Below are positions 1-11,807 of a stretch of 64,000 nucleotides of DNA, piece by piece. Position 1 is the stretch's first letter. Every line of letters starts with the position of its first letter. The DNA is taken from contig OZ176054.1 in NCBI GenBank assembly GCA_964247055.1, positions 13,392,001-13,456,000 on the forward strand, written 5' to 3'. The notes beneath the pieces were generated by a model that worked only from the letters and a program-made list of their open reading frames with translations, ran no database searches and was not told the origin of the DNA. Position numbers and translations under genes: made by a program. The DNA comes from Paragordius varius (lineage: Eukaryota; Animalia; Nematomorpha).

Positions 1-258
1 CCGACAAAACTTAAAATTATAAAGATAAATATTTTTTTCAAATAGACAACCATATTTTTTAAATCTATATTTTTTTTATTCATTTTTTGAATTTCAAAGT
101 ATAAAATGGCGATGTGCATTAGTCTAATCAATCTGTGTATAATTGTAAAAAATGATTTATATAGGATTAATTAAGGTTTAAAAAAGTATGGTTTTTTTTT
201 CAAAATAAATGTCTCTATATTATTACGTTTTGTCCGTATATAATTTTAATTTTTTCTG
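1..258. mobile_element. Family A Tc1/pogo-type MITE, left end cut by window edge
   Basis: GGACAAAAC/GACAACCATA left-arm motifs and inverted right arm ending TTTTTCTG|TA. Equivalent to the copy at 18597-18854. Confidence 0.8.
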
Positions 259-404
259 TAAGACACAATGGTTATTGTATATTTTTGTTTTCAATAAAAA
301 TATTGCATTGGGATTGAAATTTGAATGAAAAATATTACTATATGTTTGTAGAATATATAAAGTTCTAATTTTTTATATTAAATCTTTATCTATGAATATT
401 GTAG

Positions 405-491
405 ATGTTTTATGCCGAAGAATGGGAATTTTATTTAATTCAACACAAACAATGTCCGTTTTGTAAAATGTTGCATGAAAAAATCCAATAA
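405..491 (+). CDS. IFT122: Terminal exon of an upstream IFT122-like paralog (MFYAEEWEFYLIQHKQCPFCKMLHEKIQ*)
   Basis: TAG acceptor at 402-404. Identical to the exon at 18949-19035 except one synonymous change (TTA/TTG). Resembles the IFT122 C-terminal motif [20 protein letters not shown]. Confidence 0.75.
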   Translation: MFYAEEWEFYLIQHKQCPFCKMLHEKIQ

Positions 492-620
492 ATTTATTAT
501 GTCCATTCAGAATTGAAATATGACACATAGTATTTGACTAAATACAAATTTTGGCAATTAAAGCAGATATATACAGTATGAGTACGTATACATTGCTAGA
601 AAGTTATTAATTGCCAAATA

Positions 621-1163
621 TACCATTTGCATTCAAGAGTGTCCTTGAACGCTTCAAGTTGGTCCTTTGACTTTTTTGTTATATTTTTAATTTTTATCAA
701 TCAAATCGTAAGTAATTCATATATTTTATTGTTTTTAACCAATTTTCTATTATTTAACATAAATATTAAATCGATATCAACTTTTAATCTTTGAGAACCG
801 TATATCTTTATTAATTTCTTTATATAATTTTGAATATTTATAAGATTTTGACAGGAAATGAAAAAATATATATCTGGGTTATTAATTAAAATTTTTAATT
901 AAAAACATTTAAAAGTCAATAAATTTGTTTAATTGAAAAAAAAAATAGTTTGATACAAAAAAGTGGTTTTTCAATCAAAATTTTTATTTTTAACTGAATA
1001 AATAAATAAAGAAAGAAAATTGGGTTAATAAATAATAAAATAAAATAATAAATGCAAAAATTATGGTTAAAAAATTTAAAAATTTTAAGGACCAACTTGA
1101 AGTGATCAAGGACTCAAGGACCAACTTGAACTGTTCAAGGACACTCTTGAATTGCAAATGGTA
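621..1163. mobile_element. Family V TIR element with 21-bp subterminal repeats, copy 1 (2 units plus a partial unit)
   Basis: TACCATTTGC...GCAAATGGTA termini flanked by TA. Unit AAGGACCAACTTGAACTGTTC lies in the right arm, with one inverted unit in the left arm. Confidence 0.75.
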
Positions 1164-1744
1164 TAGTAATACAACAAAGGAGAGAGTATTATTGATTTAT
1201 AGTTATTTATATCACTTATTGTTAGCCAATAATACTGCCCTTTGTTGTATTTACTATTTGGCGATAATTAATAACTTTCTAGTAATGTATACGTACTCCT
1301 ACTGTATATAATTGACTAAATGGAAGCGATTTATAAATGCAACTAAATATAAAATAATAATACTATAAGTATGCAAAATAAATGTGTTGTTTTTATAAAA
1401 ACAATATGAAACATAAAAATGTCTTAATTTTATGTATTTATCCTTAATTCACTTTCTGTATGAAAGCAAATGAAATTGGTGGTATTTCCCTATTTCGTAA
1501 CCTAAATTGATACTTAAAAAAGTTTGTTTCTTATTTTCCGCAACTTAAAACGATTGATAAAAGTGCGGTTAGATAATATAGCCTTTAAAATATCAGCCAT
1601 TTACTTTTAAAGTATTAATTATTTTAAATATAATATTTTAAATTAAAAACGATAGTTACAAATATTTAGTGAAAAATATAGCTTTTTTTACATAAATATC
1701 AGTATAAGGTCATTCATAAATTTCTTTATTGTACAACAAATAAA

Positions 1745-2554
1745 TTATGACGAAGATGATTCACTGCTTGAATCCGAAGAACTTGAAGTACTCTTACTTG
1801 TACTCGAACTACTTGTTGTGCTACTTGAAGAACTCTTCGATGATGGGACTTTGCCTTTAGCTTTTTTATTGCTCTTTAAAGTGTTGCTTTTTTCACTCGA
1901 AGTTGTTGAATTCACTGAAGAAGTTGAAGATTTTTTCTTAACAATGTTTTCTTTCTTTTCTTGAGGTTGTTTTTTGCCATTCTTTTGAGCCAATGGTGGG
2001 GGCATTTGTGAATCCTTTTTTCCTGTTGTTGAGAGGACTTTTGGTTTTAAATGTAAACCTTGATTAGCAGTAGTTGTAGAGGTAGATTTATTGGCTAAAT
2101 TTTTGGTTTCAACATTATCACATGGCAGTGGGACTGGGAATTTATCGCTAGTTTTTAATTTTTTAGCAGCGGCACTTGAAAGGCTTTCTGCATCACATTC
2201 TTCTGTTTGCGTTTCTGTTGTTGAAGTGGACTCTGACGAAGATGAAGAACTTGATGGTGTCAGAACTTTTGCTTGAGGTTCCTTAACTTTGGCTGTTTTT
2301 GTCTCTGAGAGCGCTGATGTTTCGTTTTTATCCAATTTAACTGATGAGATGGATGATTGAAAATCACCATTGAAAATAGTCTTATCATCGGGTTTCTTTC
2401 CATTTTTAAGGAGGGAAGGGGTGGTTGAGTCCATATGACCATTAGTGTGAGTTGTTGTAACATTATTTATTTCACCTAAATCCTATGGATATGCAAAACA
2501 TATTTATACATATACATTTATAATAAGCTGCTTGGAGCATTTTAGTTTGGACAT
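1745..2554 (-). CDS. Ser/Thr/Lys-rich low-complexity protein, paralog 1 (~258 aa; exons 2554-2516, 2482-1745)
   Basis: 229-aa ORF extends upstream across a 33-nt GT..AG intron (2515-2483) to an ATG preceded by an in-frame TAA. Paralog 2 has the same structure. No domain recognised. Confidence 0.75.
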
Positions 2555-3026
2555 TTATTTTTTATATACCGTAACAAAACATATATCTTAAAATTACCAT
2601 TAATACACCAAATACCATCAAAAAGTTTTAAACAAATTTTTTTTAAAAAATTAAATTTTTACTCAAAGTAAGTTTTTTCCAAAAATATTAAAATTAATTG
2701 CGTATCGGCACTTTGGTGTTTATTTTCGCAAAACTAGCATATGAAACGGTTCGAATATTTATTTGAAGCCACACACAAAAAATTCAATTTTATATTATAA
2801 CCTTGCTTGTTAATGAAGCAGTTAGCTTTCACCTAAAAAATTAGTTAATATGATGTGCACTAATTTTGTTATTTTAAGTTAGTATTAGAGGATTGATAAT
2901 CAAACCGCGGCCCACGCTCTGCATAAAACCAAAGTACCTTTTATGGCGCTAAAAAATTCATTCATTTTCATTTTTAGCAAAATATCATTTGCACGCGTTT
3001 AAACTGCAATATTTGTTAACATTTTA

Positions 3027-3320
3027 CAGTAAAAACTGAAATTATACGGACAAAACGTAAAAAATAAAGACAAATATTTTTTTCTAAAAGACAACCATAC
3101 TTTTTTAAACCTTAATTTTTCCCATATAAGCTATTTAATTACAATTGTTATATATATAAAATTGATTGTTTCACCAATTACATATCAATTTTATGAATTT
3201 CAATTTGAAACAATGAGTTATATTTTAAAAAATGGAGTTTAAAAATTATGGTTTTCTTTTAGAAAAAAAAATTTGTCTTTATATTTTTCCATTTTGTCCG
3301 TATAAATCCAATTTTTACAG
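3027..3320. mobile_element. Family A MITE
   Basis: TA|CAGTAAAAACTGAAATTATACGGACAAAACG with ~85-bp inverted arms. Equivalent to 21751-22017. Confidence 0.85.
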
Positions 3321-6108
3321 AATGGTTCGTGGCCCTTAAGGCAGGAAAAAATTCTTTAGTTGGCATCCAATAAAATTTTTTGGTGTACAATAGAGTGTAA
3401 TTCTATTGGTTGAGTGGTTAAAAACTAAAAGCAATATTATTATTAATATTATTTGACGGGATAATAATTTTGATATAATGGCCCTTAAATAGTGGTCACA
3501 CAAGTCCCTTAAAATTGACTAGTTTTACAAGTAATATTTAATCTGGCAAAGGTATTATGTTAGGCGTATTTTTAATATATTAACCATTGTTCACATTACC
3601 ATTTCTGATTAACTATAAAAATATAAGCTCTTGTATCCAATACGAGAAAACCAGGTATTATATAACCTGTAAAACGTACCTATTTACAAGTTAAAGGCTT
3701 GGGGTATAGAATTATCCCAATAATCGTATTTAGAATGAAAGGGTAATGATTGTTAATAAAAATTTTGGATAATTAAAGCAAGAATATCATGGAAATTGAC
3801 GTGAGAATCTAAAATAAAACAATTTCTATATTCAAGATTAACATTTCCTCGCGAATTAAAAAAAAATTTATGCAGTTTAATTTTTTTATGAGAGTTTATG
3901 TCAAAATAGCTGAACCATTTGCAAAATATAGTAAAATAGCAAATTTATAAGCTTATTTTTCAATAAGTTTCGATATGTGAAGCGTCATAAATGCAAAACT
4001 TAAAATTTTTAATAAATGGGAGTTTTAATAGTTAAAAAATTAAACAAAGAATTGATATTTTTAGTTTTGCACACTGGTAGCTACACTTTTTGAAAACTGT
4101 GACAAGTTTGTGTCTGAGGTTGAGAATAAAATATGCATGCCCTTCTAACATAAAAAAATAGATTACTAAAGCTTCATATTAGTTCCATATTAATTGGAAA
4201 TATTCATCCATAGCTATCTAACGGGTTTATCACATGTTATTTATACAAATAAGCAACTCGTGTTTTAAAATAAACATTTTTGTTACAGTTTATTAATTTA
4301 AGAAACCCCAAAAACATTAAATTTACAAAATATATGATTTTAACGCTTTTTACTAAAAGATTATTGCGGTCAGCCCTCAGGCGAGCGTTAAAGCTTTCAC
4401 AAGTTCTGATACAATTTTAGTCCTTACCCTGAAGAGAACATAAACTGTCTATTTGTTATTAAATACAAGCTCATAACTTTATATATTTTAGCTATTCTGC
4501 ACAGTATAACTGAATATAACGAAAAACTATAGTAAGTATATAGAATCTTTCACAAACTAACCTTATCCAATATGGCAGTGATTATATTTGGTTAAACATA
4601 CATGAAAAAATATCTAAACGCAATATTAATATTGAATGATGATAATTTTAACAAAAAACTCTTTATTTCCAAAACAGAGCGACTTTATCAAAACCTAGGC
4701 AAATAATTGAAATTCAACTATTATTAATTTAAATACAAACTTTCATATTAACCTTTTGATCAATCAGTTAAAATTATATAATTCAAACAATTATCCAATA
4801 AATTTGATTAGAAAAAGGAAGGTTAAAAAAAATTTTTTGCTTCAGTCTGTAATTTCGTAGGTGTTGGATTATTTGTCTGGTCGTTGTCACTAAACTTTCC
4901 AAGTGTTTTTTTACAATGTATAAGCAATCAACCAACGTAACAATTAAATGACATTTCTAATGAAAATTGCTATCCTCCCTAAAATTTTAGAGAGAAAACA
5001 GCCCCAAGACTATTTAATTATGCTTTTCATATATAGATTGATAACAGAAGAATGTGTCTGTGTTATTTGAAAACACACAATCCCACAACCAAGAAACTCT
5101 ACAAGCTAAATATCCAGACTGTCTGAAGTCAAATTAAAGGTTATAAAAAAACAAAAAAAATCATCCTTTTTTTGCAACTTGTTATTGTGAAATAGTTGAT
5201 GAACTTATAAAAATACCGTCTCAAGTGGGTGTATAGATAGCAGGAGAGGAGAATGATAGATGGCCTTTATTAATTTATGTATAGAAAAGTTTTCAGATAT
5301 ATAATATGCTATGTTGACAAATTCTTATTAATACATTTTTAACATATTTGTCATATTTATCATGTCTATACTTTGCATATACATTGCATTTATTAGTAAA
5401 ATATAAATTTTATAAAATTTGATTTAACACAGAGTTTCATATATATCTATGTCCCGAATATAAAAATTGGCTAAAGGTTATTATATACAATTTTGTACTG
5501 CAAAATAGCCGATTGTCATTTTTTTAGATAAAATAAATCAATAGCCTAATTTAAAAAGAATTGAACCGGCAATATCTTAAAATTTTAATTACAGTAATAA
5601 TATATACGGACAAAACGTAGACAAATATTATTTCTAACGTTTATATCTTGATTTTTTTTAAATATACACATTAATCCATACTGCAAAGTATAAAATAGAG
5701 ATGTAAATTGGTAATGCGCAAATTATGTATTATATTTTAAGTTTTAATTTTGAATTAATATATCTTGTATTATACAATTTGATTATTCTGGATAAGTTAA
5801 ATAGCTGCATGATTATTCACAAAACTGCAAATATCCTCGGCGGGTCAAATTCTCAGTGCTTATATTATGCTACAATTCGTTATGGAATTATATCATTTTC
5901 TTCATATTTAGCAATCATCGGAAATTTTGCGCACATTTTAGTAATTGACAGAAAAATGCCTAAAGCCAAATTATTTAGGGAAATTTCACCTTAAGTTGTT
6001 GTAGTTTAAAAAATGGACTCAAAAATTATAAATATCATAAATTCCATTTTATATTTTTCAATCAAAAACATCGTTTGCTCTCATTTATTGTGGTATAAAA
6101 TGGAACAA

Positions 6109-9100
6109 TTATTTAGATGGGTTAGAAGGATTAGCTAATAACAAGGCCTCCTTATGTTTCCTCTGTTGCTGTTGATAATTGAAAAACTTTAAACTATTCA
6201 AGGTGTATTGTTGTTGATCAGTATGTTCGGTTACAATCGATTTATCATTATTGTTGATTACAACAGTATAATCACCATTGTTATTTGAATTGGTCAATAC
6301 TTTGCCATCTAAAACTGACACTAAATTTTGCTGTTTAGGTGGGACAACTGAATTAGAAGAAAAATATGATTTGTTGTAATTTACTGGGATATCATACAAA
6401 CTCTTAGTACTTTTGCCTGTTGCGGCGGATATTAATGGCAAGTTTCCAGGAAATCCCAAGTTTTCAGTCTTGACTCCATTCAAGTGTTTATTAGGGTTCG
6501 TTATTAAGAAAGAAGAGGTATTTTTATAATTCGTATGATTCAAGGAGCCATTATTAGAAATGTTTTGACCATTTCGTTCTTGACAAATTAATATGTCATA
6601 CAAGGCACTCAAAATACTTCGACTCAGTATGGCGTCAACCTCGTTTTGGGTTAAATTTATCCCCTTCAGAACATAATCATCGTTAGCGGTGGTGTCGGTC
6701 AACATGATATCTTTATCGGTTAAACCTAAAATAAATGAAAAATATATAATAAACTCAAGTAAATTAATAATCATATCTTTCGCCTAAGTCTTAAATATAT
6801 TATTTACGCTTTTGAGGCCATAAAATGAAGACACATTATTTGTAATATTAAAATTATATCCTATTACGTGCGGGTACTTAGGAATCCTATGAAAGATACA
6901 CCTCCAATTATATTACCCAGTTATTTAAATGTAAAAAACCATCAAAGTTTTGATGGAAATAAAAGCAAAAACAGCCATACTTTCTCTCCATTATATGTTT
7001 TAAATTTCGGATTTAGAGATAAATAATAACATACTTTTATATATATTTCACATTTATACGATATATAATATGAAAAAAAATCACGTTTAAAAATGTAATA
7101 TTGTTTTTTATAAAATATTTTCAATTTTCAATTTTTATGTTTAGTTTTCAAAATTTAAATTTTTTACTATAAAACAAAAAATTACTCACCAACTACAATA
7201 CAAGCATTTTGAACTTTCATACGTCCGCGCAAAGTTTCCAACATATACTGATTATTTAAACCGCTGACTGTGTTTCTATCATTAACTATAAAGATTGTGG
7301 GTGTACTTATTCGATCAAGTCCATACAATTTGGGACCTCCGGAAAATATATTAATATTTTCTGTGGGTTGTTCTCCACAGAGATCAAGGTTTTTATTTTT
7401 TATTGCAAGAATTTTTTCCATTTCAGTCGATTGAGCATTTTGCGCTGAGATATTACTACTGGTGCTACAGAAATCGAATGGGAATCCCAAACAAATGAGT
7501 CCATCAAACTTAAGTTCAATACAAGCCTGGTATATAATATACAATACAAAAAAATTGGTATTTGACATTTACTATATAAATTTTCTTTGAATAATGCTAG
7601 TTAACCGATATGATTACATTTTATAATAAAACTATTGTTACATTTTTCTTTGAATTATATGCGAATGTATTTACACACAGGTTAACGTGAGAAACATTAA
7701 AAGAATTCTTATAAAGTCAACAATATATAAAATTCCCTCCTTTGATATTAGGCCTTTTATTAAATCATATATATTTTAGTCCAATTTCTTTAATTCACGT
7801 ATCCTTATATGCAGTTTAATGAAAACATTTCCCCCAATCTAAAAATCAGCACCAAATTTGGTTTATTTGTGTTGTCATGATAAATTAACCATAATATTAT
7901 CATGACTGAAAAGAGTTTATAAAACAAATCCGCCCTTACATAAGCAGCAAAGAGTGAGGAGAGACCCCAAGACCATAAAATTGTAGGCGCATTATTATTG
8001 CTTTTACTATTGTCATTTGTTGAGACAACCTTTATTTTTTGCCTCATATAATGTTTGAGTTTTTCCTTCAAACGATTCAAGTAAGTTATGGTGAATGAGA
8101 CCGAATCTTGACAACTCAAGTCATTGCTTAGGTTTGAATCTGTCCCCCTACACAATGATTGAAAAAAGAAAATTGAGTAAAATAAATTTATGCCGTTTTT
8201 GATTTGAGAAAAATTGTCTATTATTTTGCATTTGTAACCTTTTGACTGATATTAAGAATCTTAAAATATATGATTATTGTAATTACATAATTCCAATTGA
8301 AAAAAAATGACTTTCTTTGGATAATAGAGAAAAAAATTATATTGGCAAACATACATTGATTTTTATATTATGTTGTGTTGCTAATATAAGCCATAGAAAA
8401 GTAATTAGTCATTTGTAATGATCATATATATATAGACAGAAAAAATCGATCAAAACGTGTGGGTTTCTTAAAATACATTAGTCTATAACATATACGTATA
8501 TGAAACGAATTTTATATCGATATTAATGGAACGAAATTCGAATATGTGCAATCACCTTTCTTACATGTTAATATTTATCATTGTGAAATTATTTGACTTT
8601 TCAGTTTAGAATTATATTTATTACAGGATGGGGGGGGGGGGGGGGGGGTTTACAGTATTAAAAAAATAAGTATCCCAACAACTTAAAAATTGTTTACAGT
8701 AAAAATTGAAATTATACGGACACAAAGTATAAATATAAAGACAAATATTTTTTTTAAAAGACAACAACCATACTTTTTTAAAACTACCTTAATGATCCCT
8801 CCTTATAAGCTAGTTAGTTGCAATTGTAAAATATAGAATTGATTGTGTTAGTATTATATATCTTTCTCTATTTAACACTTTGTCACTTAAAACAATGAGT
8901 TATATTGTAATTTAATCTAGATTTAAAAAGTATGGGGTTATCTTTTTTACATTTTGTCCGTATAATTATATCCACAATTAACTGGAAAGCTTTACTGTTT
9001 TTGTTGTATTAGATCAGCATCCAAAGGATTAATAATGTCAAAAGACCATTGAGAAGGCAATAAATGTTCCATCCAAACTTTAAGTCTTTGAAGAACGAAA

Positions 9101-11737
9101 TAACCCTGATGGGATTGTAGCAAATTTTCATTTGAGTTATTAAAAGTATTTTCATCAACATTTGAAGTTATAATATCAAGGTTAGGTAGGGATGGTATCA
9201 TAATACAATGTATATCAAGAGGTGAATTATTAATGTTATGATGGGGTGAAGGAAGAAATAACTCTAAATACTGTTTCTCAAACATTTCACAATGGAATTC
9301 GTCATTGTTAAATGATGGCGGATTACTTGAGTTTGTGAATTCCATTAATACTGTGTTCTAAAATGTAACATGTATTGCGTGCATAAAATAATTTTTAAGA
9401 ATATTAATTTTATATATTTATACCATTTACACTTCCTATTCACCCTTATTCAAATTCACCCTAGTACAATCCGTTTTTTAGGATTAAATAAACCTGTATT
9501 TTTTTATATATTTATAAAAAAGAAATTTTGTTTGCAATTCAATTAATACTGAAAAAATAATAAACTATGCGCCATAAAGATACATTTCATATTTATAATA
9601 AGTTATATTAGCCACCCGAAAACATAATCGAATTGTAAATGGTATATATATGGACAGTAAAAACTTTAATTTTATATATATACACAAACACCCAATAAGT
9701 ATAAATCTAAAATCTTTATAATCTAAAAAACCCATTTTCAATGTTTAAATTGTATGATTGGACTCATGAAATATATCAGGTATATAAATCCTTTTTCTTT
9801 GCAGTCAATATACAGGACACAAATATAAACTTATTATAACTTAATGTATTTTTTATATTAAATAAACTTACGGTTATTTTTTTAAAATTATGCAATTATT
9901 TTTTCAATATTTTCATGGCGCATTTAATTAAAAGAAAAACGGTTATTTCAATCTTTACTGTAAATTTTTTTAACAAGAAGCGAAATAAATCAATATAGAA
10001 ATTTTACAGGTGTAATTTTAGTGTAATGTTGAATAGTTTGCAACAATTGTGTTGTAATGTATTCATTTAATGGATTATCAACCTTCACTTCTTGAGATGA
10101 GTTATGCATTGTCAATATATTGAAAATTAACCATGGAATCTATTTTACATGAAAATAAAAATATAAGAAAACATATTACAGTAAATATTAAAATAATTAT
10201 ACGGACAAAACGAGCAAAAGATAAATATTTTTGATAACAACCAACTATACTTTTTAAATCTCAATTTTATAATACATATCATTATATATGGTAAAGTGTG
10301 ATTCCATTCTATATTTTATAATTGTATATATAGGAAAAATTAAGGTTTGAAATAAAAATTGGCAAGAAATCGAAAAAAATCTAAATTTTTCTCCAAAATA
10401 AATTATTATTTTTACAACTCTAACCAGGGTTAAAAATTTTGCATTCAAAAAACAACATTTATAAAAATTAATTTGTAAAAAATTATATGTTCTTAAGAAT
10501 ATTAAACTACCTTGACTGCAAGCGAATTCAATATTTGAACATACAACCCCAAATACGAGATGGGTAAAAAATGGCAGAATATATTATGTAACCATTTGCA
10601 AAGAACTAAATTCCAATCGAAATCACAGTAAATTTCACGAAACGTTTCAGCATATTTTTCAAGGATAAGCAAATCTTTATTATCGGCTTTCTTTCTTGTA
10701 TAAAAAAGTTAAAATTTTAAATATAAAAAAGCAATTTTTGTAAAAAAAGGAAACCATATTATGCAATTTTATTTTTTTATAAAGTATATTCCATCTTTTC
10801 GCACGTTGCTTAATAAGGAAGATGTAAGTAAGTAATAACACTTCATTTTATATTTGACAAATGTAATTATATAAATCATACAAGTATTATTAAAAAACAT
10901 GATCGTTAATTTAAACAACTATATCAATCTTATCTTATACCTTTGTTTATAATAGTTTTTAGTGATGGTGAAAATTAAAAGACTTAAAATGTAAAATCTA
11001 ACGCTTTTATATTAATTAATAACTTTAGATTTGATCTGAACCTATATATATATATATATATATATATAGCATAATAGGAATTGTTTAATGTTATAACGCA
11101 TATTCGAAAACGCCGTATTTAACGATAAATGCATGTTATACTCAAAAAAGATTAAATAGGGGTAATATTTTTAAAAAATAGCATATCCTCTTTTATATAT
11201 CTAGAACCCCTAATCTCCAATTTTTATTGCATATGATTTTAAAAATTAAAAATAACAAATAGTGGTAAAACTTTAATCGAGGTTTCATCATAAAAGTTTG
11301 ACAAAGCATTCCAACTCGTTTCAAAAATGCTAATTTCCGGCTGACTCCATGTATATTTAAGCAAATTAGTTTGCCAATCTTCAGTTCGCATTTCAAGATT
11401 TTGAATAAGTCCCATTTCTGCGGCCATATCAAGCTTATCTTGCATTGAAAATCGTTTGGGCATCTTATAATCAGTCTCATTGCAAACTTCGCATAAATCA
11501 TCTGATGATTCAATATCAATAATTTCATCCAAGCTACTAATAATTCATAAAAAGAGTTTACTTTGAAATATTTGATTGATTTTGTGTAAACAGATAGGTG
11601 GTGGGCCAAGCGAATTTAGTTTTTGCCGTTAAAACTTGGTAAGGTGATGCATAGGAATGATCATGTGTTAATGATGGTTTATCCGTTTGTAACTTTTTCA
11701 AAATTTTAAGAATAAATTTTTCATCGTAAAAGCCCAT
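6109..11737 (-). CDS. KANSL3: KAT8 regulatory NSL complex subunit 3 (KANSL3/Rcd1), multi-exon
   Basis: Predicted exons 11737-11562, 11536-11272, ~10694-10511, 9357-8996, 8147-7940, 7526-7190, 6725-6109. They give HDHSYASP, EDWQTNLLKYTWS, DWNLVLCKWLHN, PTILWSWGLSSLFAA, GLICLGFPF, ISTPTIFIV, LETLRGRMKVQNACIVVG and LTQNEVD. These match, in order, recalled human motifs DHSYAKPW, EDWEEHVNRTGW, WDTKLIQWLH, PIILIGWNTGALVA, AVVCLGFPL, MKTPVLFVI, MEDFREKIRAENSLVVVG and LTQSMVD. The start could instead be the ATG at 11790; one or more small exons between 11.27 and 10.7 kb are unresolved. Confidence 0.88.
8630..8648 (+). repeat. (G)19 homopolymer in a KANSL3 intron
   Basis: Read directly from the sequence. 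Confidence 0.95.
8697..8970. mobile_element. Family A MITE (intronic)
   Basis: TA|CAGTAAAAATTGAAATTATACGGACAC... with inverted TTTTGTCCGTATAAT; right tip degenerate. Confidence 0.75.
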
Positions 11738-11807
11738 TATGGAACCGAAGTGAGAGTTTCAAACATCTGTGCAAAAAAACTAGAGTTCATACGGTAGTGT
11801 TTTAAAA

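Noticed and set aside
2091-2463. Short antisense or alternate-frame ORFs (2091, 2260, 20806, 20978, 11193, 13881, 39752, 46379)
   Set aside because: Shadows of real coding exons.
3790-5130. Small plus-strand spliced gene between the Ser-rich gene and KANSL3
   Set aside because: A few exon-like stretches exist, but there is no consistent phase chain or recognisable product.
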